This document shows positions 55,328 through 64,000 of a DNA stretch of 64,000 nucleotides, in pieces. Position numbers and translations under genes: made by a program. Every line of letters starts with the position of its first letter. Within the stretch, counting starts at the first letter, position 1. This DNA is from Alphaproteobacteria bacterium (GTDB taxonomy: Bacteria; Pseudomonadota; Alphaproteobacteria; UBA2136; UBA6156): the NCBI GenBank assembly GCA_036261915.1, contig DATAJX010000006.1:23546-87545 (forward strand), written 5' to 3'. The notes beneath the pieces are model-generated. The model was not told the origin of the DNA. It ran no database searches and saw only the letters and a list, made by a program, of their open reading frames with translations.

Positions 55328-56218
55328 TTAAGCGCTGGCCGCCACCTGGGCCGCCACTTCAGCGGCAAAGTCGGTGGTTTCCTTTTCAATGCCTTCGCCC
55401 AGGCCAAAGCGCACAAAGCCAACAACCTTGGCACCGGCGGCAACGTCGGTCACAACCTTCATCACCTTGCGGTCCGGGTCCATCACAAACGGCTGTTCAA
55501 CCAGGCACACTTCTTCCAGGAACTTGTTCACACGGCCTTCCACGATCTTCTCAACAACCGCGGCGGGCTTGCCGCTTTCGGCGGCCTGCGCGGTGTAAAT
55601 CGCTTTTTCGCGGGCCAGCACATCGGGGTCGATGCTGCTCTTGTCGAGCGCCTGCGGGTTGCTGGCGGCAATGTGCATGCTCACCTGCTTGGCCACGGTG
55701 GCGTCGGTGGTGCCTTCAATGGCCACCAGCACACCAATCTTGCCGCCAAGGTGAACATAACTGCCCACAATGCCGTTGCTCACGCTCAGCTTGGCCGCGC
55801 GGCGCAGGGTCATGTTCTCGCCGGTGGTGGCCACCAGTTCGGTCAGGGCATCGGCTACGGTCTTGCCGCCGCCAAAGTCCAAAGCCTTCACGGTTTCAAC
55901 ATCACCCGCCTTGGCCGCCATGGCCAGCTCGGCAACCTTCTTCACAAAGTTGGTGAAGTTGTCGTTGCGGCCGGTAAAGTCGGTTTCGCAGTTGATCTCG
56001 ATCATCACACCGGTGGTGCCGTCGCTCAGCGCGGCAACCATGCCTTCGGCAGCGGTGCGGCCGCTCTTCTTGGCGGCCTTGCTCACGCCCTTCTGGCGCA
56101 GCCAGTCAATGGCCTGCTCCATGTTGCCGCCGTTTTCTTCCAGCGCCTTCTTGGCGTCCATCATACCCGCGCCGCTACGTTCGCGCAGGTCCTTGATCAT
56201 TTCTCCGGTAATCGCCAT
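55328..56218 (-). CDS. tsf: Elongation factor Ts
   Basis: MAITGEMIKDLRERSGAGMMDAKKALEE... Confidence 0.95.
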   Translation of the reverse strand: MAITGEMIKDLRERSGAGMMDAKKALEENGGNMEQAIDWLRQKGVSKAAKKSGRTAAEGMVAALSDGTTGVMIEINCETDFTGRNDNFTNFVKKVAELAMAAKAGDVETVKALDFGGGKTVADALTELVATTGENMTLRRAAKLSVSNGIVGSYVHLGGKIGVLVAIEGTTDATVAKQVSMHIAASNPQALDKSSIDPDVLAREKAIYTAQAAESGKPAAVVEKIVEGRVNKFLEEVCLVEQPFVMDPDRKVMKVVTDVAAGAKVVGFVRFGLGEGIEKETTDFAAEVAAQVAASA

Positions 56219-56252
56219 CAGTATTCTCCTTTAAAGGTTAAGATTTAAACCA

Positions 56253-57200
56253 CTAGGCCTTGGGGGCTTCAGCAGCCGGGGCCGCTTCGGCAGCGTCGGC
56301 CGCCTTGTCGTCGGCCTTGGCAACTTCGCGGGCCTTCTTGCTCAGGCTCACGGTCACGGGGCCTTTGCGGGCACCGCGCGAAGCGCCTTCGGCACCAGCG
56401 GCATTGCCGCCGGGCTGGTGAAGGCTGGCCTGCATGGCAATACCGCTGATGGCCGCATCGGCGCACAAACGGGCATACAGGTTCAGGGCACGCACGCTGT
56501 CGTCGTTGCCGGGAATCACATAGTCCACGCCTTCGTCGCTGGCGTTGGTGTCAACAATCCCAACAACCGGAATACCCAGGCGGTTGGCTTCATCAACGGC
56601 AATCTTGTCCTGATGCACACTCATCACCACCACCACGTCGGGCAAACCGGCCATGCTGGAAATCCCACCCAGCACGCGGTGCAGGTTTTCGCGCTCGCGT
56701 TCCAGCATCAGGCGCTCTTTCTTCACGTAGTGGGCCATCGGGTCTTTAATGCTGTCGCGGTTAAAGGGGTTTTCCGGGGTCGCGGCGGCCTGGGCTTCGG
56801 CAATGCGGGCCTGGGCTTCGGCGCTGTCTTTAAACAGCTGTTCCAGGTCGCGCAAACGCTTGATGCTCTTGGAAATGGTCTTCCAGTTGGTCAGCGTGCC
56901 ACCCAGCCAGCGGTGGTTCACAAAGTACATGCCGCAGCGTTCGGCGGCTTCGCGCACAACGCCCTGGGCTTGCTTGCGGGTGCCCACAAACAGCACGCGG
57001 CCGCCACGGGCCACGGCAGCTTCAATGGCGCTCAGCGCGGTGTAAATGGCGGGCAGGGTTTGCTGCAGGTCAATAATGTGAATGCCGTTGCGTTCGCCGT
57101 AAATGTAGCTTTTCAGCTTGGGGTTCCAGCGGAAGGCACGGTGGCCGAAGTGCACGCCGGCACCCAGCAGGTCGGTCATGGTAAATTGCGGTAAAGCCAT
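56253..57200 (-). CDS. rpsB: 30S ribosomal protein S2
   Basis: LLGAGVHFGHRAFRWNPK... Confidence 0.95.
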   Translation of the reverse strand: MALPQFTMTDLLGAGVHFGHRAFRWNPKLKSYIYGERNGIHIIDLQQTLPAIYTALSAIEAAVARGGRVLFVGTRKQAQGVVREAAERCGMYFVNHRWLGGTLTNWKTISKSIKRLRDLEQLFKDSAEAQARIAEAQAAATPENPFNRDSIKDPMAHYVKKERLMLERERENLHRVLGGISSMAGLPDVVVVMSVHQDKIAVDEANRLGIPVVGIVDTNASDEGVDYVIPGNDDSVRALNLYARLCADAAISGIAMQASLHQPGGNAAGAEGASRGARKGPVTVSLSKKAREVAKADDKAADAAEAAPAAEAPKA

Positions 57201-57318
57201 GTTTTGGCTCCTTTATGTTTGGTTTCAGTCGTTGCCGGGGCGTATCAGAAGCTTCCTTCCAACCAAATCCGCCGCAGGCTGTTTATTTCCGCCAGGTTTC
57301 CCGTTCGGATGCGGGCTT

Positions 57319-58527
57319 TTAGGCCAAATTCAGACCAGCGTCAATCACCACTTTGCGCACGGCGCCCAGCGGGCTTTGGGCCGCGCGGGAGCCCTCGATC
57401 CACCCCCCGCCCAGCATGACGCCATCCGGGGTATAAAACACGGCGGCCTGGCCGGGGCTGATGTGGTCGGCCTCGGCCAACACCACTTCGGCGCGCCCTT
57501 CGCCCAAGTCATGGATCATCGCTTCCGCGCCATTGTGCTGGGCCCGAACCTTCACCACCCCGGCACCAAATTGCGGCGCCCCCAGCCAGTTCAGCTCACG
57601 CACGGAAAACACCTTGCGGCCCAGCGCCGCCCGGTTACCCACCACCACTTCGCGGGTCGCGGGCCTTATTTCCACCACATACAGCGGTTCAACCGAACCA
57701 CCCGGCAACCCCTTGCGCTGGCCCACGGTAAAGCCCACCACGCCGTCGTGCGTACCCACCACGTTGCCTTCCAGGTCCACCACGTTGCCCGGCGCATCGG
57801 CGTCGGGGTCGAACTTGCGCACAACCTTGCGGTAATCGCCGCCCGGCACAAAACAAATGTCGTAGCTGTCCTTCTTCACGTGCACGTGCAAACCAAGCTC
57901 CTTGGCCCAGGCTCGCACCTGCGTCTTTTCGTATTTCCCCAACGGGAAGTGCAAATACCCCAACTGTTCCGCCGTGGTGGTGAACAGGTAGTAGCTCTGG
58001 TCCTTTTCACTGAATGCACCGCGCTTCAACACCGGCACGCCGTTGCCATCCACATCCTTGATCACATAGTGCCCCGTCGCCATCGCATCGGCACCCAGGC
58101 TCTTGGCCTTGTCCAGCAGCGCCACAAACTTGATGCGCTGGTTGCAGCGCACGCAAGGTATCGGGGTTTCCCCGGCGGCATAGGTCTCCACAAAGTCGTC
58201 AATAACAGCCTCTTTAAAAGCCTTCTCCATGTTCAGCACGTAGTGCGGAATACCCAGCTTCTGGCACACCCGGCGCGCGTCATACACATCGTCCAGCGCG
58301 CAGCAGGTGCCGCCGGCCTTGATCGCCCCGCCGTTGCTGGCAGGCGTGTAATCCCACAGCTGCAGGGTCATCCCCACCACGTTGTACCCGGCGGCCTGGT
58401 ACAGCGCCGCCACCGCGCTGCTGTCCACGCCGCCGCTCATGGCCACCACAACAGTGGTGTCGCCCGGGGCCTTGCCGGGTACAACAACAGGCATTTCAAA
58501 GCCTTGGGGCAACTTATTTAAAGTCAT
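57319..58527 (-). CDS. mnmA: tRNA 2-thiouridine(34) synthase MnmA
   Basis: PP-loop VVAMSGGVDSS, plus the catalytic Cys region. Confidence 0.9.
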   Translation of the reverse strand: MTLNKLPQGFEMPVVVPGKAPGDTTVVVAMSGGVDSSAVAALYQAAGYNVVGMTLQLWDYTPASNGGAIKAGGTCCALDDVYDARRVCQKLGIPHYVLNMEKAFKEAVIDDFVETYAAGETPIPCVRCNQRIKFVALLDKAKSLGADAMATGHYVIKDVDGNGVPVLKRGAFSEKDQSYYLFTTTAEQLGYLHFPLGKYEKTQVRAWAKELGLHVHVKKDSYDICFVPGGDYRKVVRKFDPDADAPGNVVDLEGNVVGTHDGVVGFTVGQRKGLPGGSVEPLYVVEIRPATREVVVGNRAALGRKVFSVRELNWLGAPQFGAGVVKVRAQHNGAEAMIHDLGEGRAEVVLAEADHISPGQAAVFYTPDGVMLGGGWIEGSRAAQSPLGAVRKVVIDAGLNLA

Positions 58528-58667
58528 TTCAAGCGGGTTATAGGCACATTGCCGCCTCCCCGCAACCCCAAAACTTTATAGTCCGCTTACGCCTGCCGCC
58601 CCGCTTCACCACGCTTTTTTATACGGGCGGGCGCATAACGGAGTCGAATCAAACAAGGAGAAAACCC

Positions 58668-58979
58668 ATGGCGACCATCAAACAAAAAGCCAGCAAACTG
58701 GCCGACCGCGGCCTCGACAAGGCCGATGACGTCATCGACCGCGCCCGCGACGGCAAGCAACGCCTCGAGCGCCGCTACGACAACGCCGACATCGGAGGCC
58801 GCATCGAAGAATTCGCCGAAGAAACCGGCCGCAACCTGCGCTACGCCTACGATACCAGCGCCGACAAGCTCGAAGAAACCGCCGACAACACGCGCGACCT
58901 GGTGCAGCGCAACCCGCTCATCGCCATCGCCGGCGCCTTCGTGGGCGGCATGCTCGCCAGCGCCCTGCTGCGCCGCTAA
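58668..58979 (+). CDS. DUF883 (ElaB/YqjD-like) membrane-anchored protein
   Basis: Helical N-terminus and a C-terminal TM: PLIAIAGAFVGGMLASALLRR. Confidence 0.7.
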   Translation: MATIKQKASKLADRGLDKADDVIDRARDGKQRLERRYDNADIGGRIEEFAEETGRNLRYAYDTSADKLEETADNTRDLVQRNPLIAIAGAFVGGMLASALLRR

Positions 58980-58985
58980 CCGGGC

Positions 58986-59387
58986 ATGAACACCCTCCTG
59001 CTCGATACCCTGGCGCAAACGCTGCTCGGCGCCGTCACGCGGCGCCCCACCCGGGGCATGACCGACCTGCTGCACGGCCTGTTGTGGCAAGCCGTGGGGC
59101 TGGTGGCCGCCATCGTCATCGCGGTGGTGGCGGTACTGTGCGCTATCGCGGGCGGCATCGTCATGCTCGCCCCCCAACCGCTCGACGTGCCGCAGGTGCT
59201 GTTCATCCTCGCCGCGCTGTTCGTGTTTTTGTCGCTGGTCACGTGGCTCATCGTCTGCAAGGGCAAATCGCCACGCCAAATGGTGGCCGACGCCCTCGGC
59301 GCTCCCACCTCCCCGCTCGATTACGTCAACAAAACCTTCGACCGCGTGAGCGACGCCTTCAGCCGCGGCTGGCACAACGCCCGCTAA
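58986..59387 (+). CDS. YqjE-like two-TM membrane protein
   Basis: Position downstream of the DUF883 gene (mirroring E. coli yqjD-yqjE), plus two TM helices. Confidence 0.45.
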   Translation: MNTLLLDTLAQTLLGAVTRRPTRGMTDLLHGLLWQAVGLVAAIVIAVVAVLCAIAGGIVMLAPQPLDVPQVLFILAALFVFLSLVTWLIVCKGKSPRQMVADALGAPTSPLDYVNKTFDRVSDAFSRGWHNAR

Positions 59388-59403
59388 AAACCAGCGGCCA
59401 TAA

Positions 59404-59440
59404 AACGTAACCCCGCCAACCGGCGGGGTTACGTTTTTCA
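59404..59440. terminator. Rho-independent terminator
   Basis: aacgtaaccccgccaaccggcggggttacgttttt. Confidence 0.75.
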
Positions 59441-59445
59441 GTTGT

Positions 59446-59676
59446 TCAGGCCGCCGCCATGGCGGGCGCCAGCGGGGGGCTTTTTTCATTCAGCAGTTGT
59501 CCGCGTACAAACATATCGGCGGCAAACCGCTTCATGCTCAGGCACTGGCTGGGCACGCGCAAATTGCTGGCCAGGTCTTCGGCGCTAAAGCTCAACTCAA
59601 AAAAGGCTTCAGCCGTCGGCATCAGCTCTGCCTCGGTCATTTTCCGGGCAATGGTGTCAAACGTTTCAGATTGCAT
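59446..59676 (-). CDS. Hypothetical small protein
   Basis: MQSETFDTIARKMTEAELMPTAEAFFELSF... A GGAGTGGAG Shine-Dalgarno sequence lies upstream of the internal Met. The gene is downstream of the cysteine desulfurase. Confidence 0.35.
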   Translation of the reverse strand: MQSETFDTIARKMTEAELMPTAEAFFELSFSAEDLASNLRVPSQCLSMKRFAADMFVRGQLLNEKSPPLAPAMAAA

Positions 59677-59844
59677 GGCTCCACTCCGGCAAACCACTTG
59701 GTTAAGTTGCGGTCACCCTAAGCCCCCTCAGGCAACACAGTCTTGTTGCAACTTTGTAAGGCGGTTCCAGCCCCAAAACCCCCATACCCAGCCGTCACAG
59801 GGTCAAATGCCCTATTTATAGTCAATCAATATACAATGTAAAAA

Positions 59845-60924
59845 TCAGGCAACAACCCGCTTCAGCGCAGCCAGCACGGCATCAATATCGGCAACGGTGG
59901 TGTTCCAGCCCAAGCTGATGCGCAGCCCCTCACCGGCCTCCTGCTCGCTGTAACCCATGGCCTTCAGCACATGGCTGGCCTTCACGCGGCCGCTGCTGCA
60001 GGCGCTGCCCTGGCTCACCGCAATACCGGCCAGGTCCATCGCGATCACCATATCCTCGCCGTTCCGGCCGGGCACGCGCAGCTGCAGCACATGCGGCACA
60101 CCTACCGCGCCTTCAGCCACAATACCCACCCCGGGAATCTCCTCCAACCCAGCCACCAACCGCGCCATCAAATCACTGGTATCGATCAACTCCCCCAGCG
60201 CCGCCGCCATGCCCACCACGGCCGGAAGGTTCTCGGTGCCCGCACGGCGCCCGCGCTCCTGCGCCCCACCCATCATTTGCGGCACAAAATCCAGTTCCGG
60301 CTTCACCACCAACGCGCCCACACCTTTCGGCCCGCCAAACTTGTGGGCGGAAAAGCCCAGCAGATCGGCCCCCATCTCATCGGGCTTCACGTCAAGGTGG
60401 CCCACGGTCTGCACCGCATCCACAAACAGCAGCGCGCCATGGGCATGGGCCAGCGCGGCGGCTTCCTTCACAGGTTGAATAACCCCGGTCTCGTTATTCG
60501 CATGCATCAGGCACACCAGCGCCACATCACCGGCGGCCACAATTTTCTCCAGCGCGTCCAGCTTCACCACGCCATCACTGTCTACCGGAATCTCAACCAC
60601 ATCATACCGCCACGCCGCCCCTATCACGCAGTCGTGCTCAATGCCGGCAATCGCCACCTTCCTGCCCTTGGCCGCAGCCATCACACCGCCAATGGCCAAA
60701 TTGGCCGCCTCGGTACCGCCACTGGTGAACACGATCCGCTCGGCCCGCACCCCCAAAACGTCGGCAATCGCGCGGCGGCTGTCATCCAGCAGCGCGCGGG
60801 CCGCCTGCCCCTCGCCGTGCACGCTGGAAGGGTTCCCGAACACCGCCATCGCCGCAACCATGGCCTCACGTGCCGCGGGCTTCAACGGGGTGGTGGCGGC
60901 ATGGTCAAGGTACACTCTATTCAT
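59845..60924 (-). CDS. Cysteine desulfurase (class V aminotransferase, NifS/IscS-like)
   Basis: PLP-Lys motif SAHKFGGPKG and active-site Cys SQGSACSSG. Confidence 0.85.
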   Translation of the reverse strand: MNRVYLDHAATTPLKPAAREAMVAAMAVFGNPSSVHGEGQAARALLDDSRRAIADVLGVRAERIVFTSGGTEAANLAIGGVMAAAKGRKVAIAGIEHDCVIGAAWRYDVVEIPVDSDGVVKLDALEKIVAAGDVALVCLMHANNETGVIQPVKEAAALAHAHGALLFVDAVQTVGHLDVKPDEMGADLLGFSAHKFGGPKGVGALVVKPELDFVPQMMGGAQERGRRAGTENLPAVVGMAAALGELIDTSDLMARLVAGLEEIPGVGIVAEGAVGVPHVLQLRVPGRNGEDMVIAMDLAGIAVSQGSACSSGRVKASHVLKAMGYSEQEAGEGLRISLGWNTTVADIDAVLAALKRVVA

Positions 60925-61030
60925 AGGCTGGGTTGTAGGTTTTCCCTAAGCCACGGTCAATGTTTGATTTTTATCTTGAATTTCCAGGTTCGCCTGTGTC
61001 ATACCCCGCCTCGAAAACGGAGATTCAACA

Positions 61031-61681
61031 ATGCCTGACGTCGTATTCCAGGGCCCGGTAGGCCGCCTCGAAGGCAAATATTTCCCGCAAAAAGGCGGCG
61101 AATGCCCCATCGCGGTGGTGCTGCACCCGCACCCGCTGCACGGCGGCACCATGAATAACAAAACCACCTACCGCATGTTCGAAACCTTCGTGCGCCTCGG
61201 CTTCGCCACGCTGCGCTTCAACTTCCGCGGGGTGGGGAATAGCGAGGGCCAGTTCGACCACGGCGTGGGCGAACTGTCCGACGCCGCCGCCGCGCTGGAT
61301 TGGTTACACGGCAACCACCCGCACGCGCCCGAGATCTGGCTGGCGGGCTTCAGCTTCGGCGCCTGGATCACCATGCAAATGCTCATGCGCCGCCCCGACC
61401 TCAAGCGCTTCGTGGCGGTGGCCCCGCCGGTCGGCCTGTACGATTTCTCGTTCCTCTCGCCCATGCCCACCAGCGGGCTGGTGGTGTACGGCGCGAATGA
61501 CGAACTCACGCCCCCGCACGAAACCGAAAACCTGCTCAAGCGCACGGTGCGCCAAAAGGGCATCAACCTGGCCGCGGCCAAGGTCGACGGCGCCGACCAC
61601 TTCTTCACCAATCATCAGGATGAGTTGGCCGCCACCCTCACCAACTACACCCGCTCGCAAATGGGCAAACCCGGCCGATAA
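61031..61681 (+). CDS. Alpha/beta-fold hydrolase
   Basis: Nucleophile elbow GFSFGAW, with Asp and His downstream (GANDELTPP, DHFF). Confidence 0.75.
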   Translation: MPDVVFQGPVGRLEGKYFPQKGGECPIAVVLHPHPLHGGTMNNKTTYRMFETFVRLGFATLRFNFRGVGNSEGQFDHGVGELSDAAAALDWLHGNHPHAPEIWLAGFSFGAWITMQMLMRRPDLKRFVAVAPPVGLYDFSFLSPMPTSGLVVYGANDELTPPHETENLLKRTVRQKGINLAAAKVDGADHFFTNHQDELAATLTNYTRSQMGKPGR

Positions 61682-61684
61682 CAA

Positions 61685-61709
61685 AAAGCCGCCTCCGGGC
61701 GGCTTTTTA
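61685..61709. terminator. Bidirectional rho-independent terminator
   Basis: aaaagccgcctccgggcggcttttt. Confidence 0.75.
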
Positions 61710-62837
61710 ATTACGTACCCCCGCCACTGGCACCAGTTCATGATACCCCTGCGCAAAAGGCCAAACCATGTAGGGGATGAACACCCGCGCCCCACCGGTC
61801 GCACTGGGGCAAAGAACATAAGTGCCCTTGTCGGCATCGCGGGCGCCGTCCAGCCGCAGGTCGCGGTAGCGCAGGCATTGCACGTTGATGCCACGCACCG
61901 GCGGCGCCACCGGGTCGTCATACACGGCATACTTGGCCAGCCAGCCGAAGGGCCCGTTGCTCCACGCATACCACGCCAGCTTGATGCGCCGCTGGCCCGC
62001 CGCCCCCACAGCTTCAGGGCCATCGGCGCCGCCAAACCGCGAATACACGCGCCATTCCGCCTCCTCGCGGGTGCGGTACAGCGCCTGCACGCGCTGGGCG
62101 CGTAACGCGTTGCCGCGCAACTGGGTGCGCTGGCCATGCTTCAGGTTGATCAACGTGTCGTGCAACCGGCTGCCCCCGGCCTCCACGTTCTCCAGCACCA
62201 CCACCCGCCAGTTGAAGGGCGAAAGCGGCTGCGGCAACGCATCCACGTTATAACCCGGCGCCAGTTGCATGGCCTCGGCGTACTGGCCGCCAAAGCGCCA
62301 CGCGGTAAAATGCAAACCGGCCAGCGCAAGCAGGTAAACCGCAATACAGCCCAATCCCAAACGGGCAATGTCGCGCTGCCAAAATCTAAAGGCATAGCCC
62401 ATCCCCAGCGTCAGCAAACACAGGCCCAGGATCACGCCGTCAAAGTCATACACCACGCCAAACGCCAATCTAATGTTCACCAGTAGCGCCAACGGCTGAA
62501 TGCCGTCGGTGGTCAACAGCCCCAGCAACAGCGTGCTTAACATGCTTGCCGCCACGGTCAGGTAAAACGCGCCCCAGCCCCGGCGGCTGATGCTCCCCAG
62601 CACCCCGGCGGTGATAAAACTCAACAGCGGCAGCAGCAAAAAGCTCCACAGCAACCCGCGCTCGGCCTGGTAATACACCCCGGCCCCACCCAGCCAGAAC
62701 AGGCCTTCCAAATAAGGCACCAGCGCCCCCACGGCACCTGCGGCCAGCCGCCACCAGCCCATGTCGTCCGGGCCGTTGCGGCGCTTCACCGCCCAGGCCA
62801 CCACCAAACCAACCGCAAGGCTGATGAGCGGATGCAT
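61707..62837 (-). CDS. Membrane-bound metal-dependent hydrolase-like protein (DUF457/YdjM-like N-terminus with a C-terminal extension)
   Basis: The likely start is MHPLISLAV at 62837 (the track ORF extends to 63080). Multi-TM N-terminal half, soluble C-terminal half. Confidence 0.45.
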   Translation of the reverse strand: MHPLISLAVGLVVAWAVKRRNGPDDMGWWRLAAGAVGALVPYLEGLFWLGGAGVYYQAERGLLWSFLLLPLLSFITAGVLGSISRRGWGAFYLTVAASMLSTLLLGLLTTDGIQPLALLVNIRLAFGVVYDFDGVILGLCLLTLGMGYAFRFWQRDIARLGLGCIAVYLLALAGLHFTAWRFGGQYAEAMQLAPGYNVDALPQPLSPFNWRVVVLENVEAGGSRLHDTLINLKHGQRTQLRGNALRAQRVQALYRTREEAEWRVYSRFGGADGPEAVGAAGQRRIKLAWYAWSNGPFGWLAKYAVYDDPVAPPVRGINVQCLRYRDLRLDGARDADKGTYVLCPSATGGARVFIPYMVWPFAQGYHELVPVAGVRN

Positions 62838-63123
62838 GATGACCCTATCTAAGGCCTTTTTGTTGAACTGCGCCGCTAACCGGCTGGATGATAAAATTTG
62901 ACGCGACACGCGCCGTGGTGCGGGCCCTACCATAAGCGGGGCGCGGCAATATTTTAGCGCCCGCAGGTTGCGGCCCTTTGGGTTGTGCCCCAATGGCCAT
63001 CCGGCTGCGCTTTGTCGCCCTTGCGATGTCCCGCATCGCAGCGGCCTCCTCATCGCGACCGGACGCTGCGCTATGGCCATTGGCGCTCAACGCAGTCAGC
63101 AAAAAGGCCTTAGATAGGGTCAT
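62838..63123. repeat. ~33-bp inverted repeat pair (62838-62872 and 63091-63123) spanning the whole anmK-hydrolase intergenic region
   Basis: atgaccctatctaaggcctttttgttgaactgcg against cgcagtcagcaaaaaggccttagatagggtcat. The left copy abuts the hydrolase start codon and RBS; the right copy contains the anmK stop codon. Confidence 0.7.
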
Positions 63124-64000
63124 ACCGTCAACACTCCACCAACAGTGGCGTGCACCGCACCGGTGGTTTCCGGCAAACTGAAGGGCAACTTCAACACGCG
63201 CCGTGCCGCCAGCCAGGCAAAGGCCTCGGCCTCCATGGTCTGCGGGCGCAGGCCCCAGCTTATGGCATCCACCGCATCAACCCCTGCGGCGGCAAAAGCC
63301 TTCATCAGGCTGGGGTTCTGGCTGCCGCCGCCGGTGGCGGCCACCGGGCCCATGGCCTTCCATTCGTCCAGCGTGCGGGCCACCCCGGCGGCGGTAATGG
63401 CGCACAGCGTCGCCGCCGCGTCCTCCGGGTTCAGCTGGCGCATCACATCCAGAATACCGTTGAACTCATAGCGGTCGGCGCTGCGCGGCAGCGGGCGGCG
63501 CCAAAAACCGGTGTCCCTCAAACTGCGCTCCACCAGGTTGTCGTGCACGCGGCCGCGCGCGGCCAGTTCGCCGTTCTTGTCAAACGGCTGGCCCAGCCGC
63601 TGCTCGCACAGGCTGTTCAGCAAGCCCACGCCGGGGCCGGTGTCGCTGGCGCGTATCTTCCCGTCGGCCTCAAACCACGTCAGGTTGGCCACACCGCCCA
63701 AATTCAAAATACCGCAGGGCTTGGGCCGCCCACCCAGCAACGCGGCATGGAACAACGGCACCAGCGGCGCCCCCTGCCCGCCGGCGGCCATGTCCCGGCG
63801 GCGAAAGTCCATCACCGTGGGCACCCCCACCTGCTCGGCAATAAAACTGGCGTCGCCCAATTGCCAGGTCAAACCCAGCCCGGGCATGTGCCGAATGGTC
63901 TGGCCATGGCACCCCAGCACATCCACACGGCCTTCGTCGGGCATCACTTTCAGCGCGGCCAGCACATACAGCTCGCTCAGGGCGCGCTCAAGTTTCAGCA
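63120..64000 (-). CDS. anmK: Anhydro-N-acetylmuramic acid kinase, C-terminal ~290 codons (N-terminus lies beyond the window end)
   Basis: ATGGGSQNPSLM and AnmK-family C-terminal motifs. The track ORF begins at an internal Met (63965), but the frame stays open to the window edge. Confidence 0.75.
   Translation of the reverse strand, partial: LKLERALSELYVLAALKVMPDEGRVDVLGCHGQTIRHMPGLGLTWQLGDASFIAEQVGVPTVMDFRRRDMAAGGQGAPLVPLFHAALLGGRPKPCGILNLGGVANLTWFEADGKIRASDTGPGVGLLNSLCEQRLGQPFDKNGELAARGRVHDNLVERSLRDTGFWRRPLPRSADRYEFNGILDVMRQLNPEDAAATLCAITAAGVARTLDEWKAMGPVAATGGGSQNPSLMKAFAAAGVDAVDAISWGLRPQTMEAEAFAWLAARRVLKLPFSLPETTGAVHATVGGVLTV

Overview
This is a high-G+C (roughly two-thirds G+C by eye) chromosomal segment whose gene order is typical of Alphaproteobacteria. 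The supporting blocks are ntrY-ntrX/hfq-hflX, ihfA-MerR, rpmF-fabH, glyA-nrdR-nusB, rpsB-tsf-pyrH, accB-accC, rne, topA, prfB, mrcA, murA and dsbD. Most of the window is densely packed housekeeping genes, and convergent gene pairs are separated by clear bidirectional rho-independent terminators. I found no rRNA, tRNA, CRISPR array, transposase or integrase. Two genes run off the window edges and are absent from the ORF track: a PAS-domain sensor gene at positions 1-656 on the minus strand, and anmK at the 3' end.

The stand-out region is 27878-34745, between bamE and nusB. It carries two Sec-signal-bearing proteins built from phage-tail-fibre modules. One is a 1474-aa protein with a LamG-like domain, a SPRY-like domain, two tandem glycine-rich domains of about 300 aa each, and an internally duplicated C-terminal domain. 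The other is a 339-aa fibre protein with tail-fibre repeats and a C-terminal S74-type intramolecular chaperone autoprocessing domain. The pair is bracketed by two diverged pseudopilin-like paralogs that share an unusual, near-identical N-terminus, GA(L/M)FGLDARIALAIFAV, encoded by about 48-bp direct repeats 6.3 kb apart. No capsid, terminase or integrase genes accompany them. I interpret this as a candidate cellular surface-fibre or adhesin system that has not been described.

Other notable items:
- prfB carries its classic programmed +1 frameshift (CTT TGA C).
- Two unrelated ~32-bp inverted-repeat pairs each enclose a ~210-220-bp intergenic segment at gene boundaries (asmA-like/prfB and anmK/hydrolase).
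- A tandem pair of paralogous EF-hand protein genes sits downstream of two palindromic sites.
- A 68-aa membrane-protein gene of ~40% G+C lies between accC and hpt.
- A self-contained small transcription unit (promoter, structured leader, 32-aa ORF, terminator) follows dsbD.
- An alternating purine-pyrimidine (Z-DNA-prone) tract lies upstream of topA.
- Three conserved gene neighbourhoods lack expected members (plsX, the rib genes, frr).
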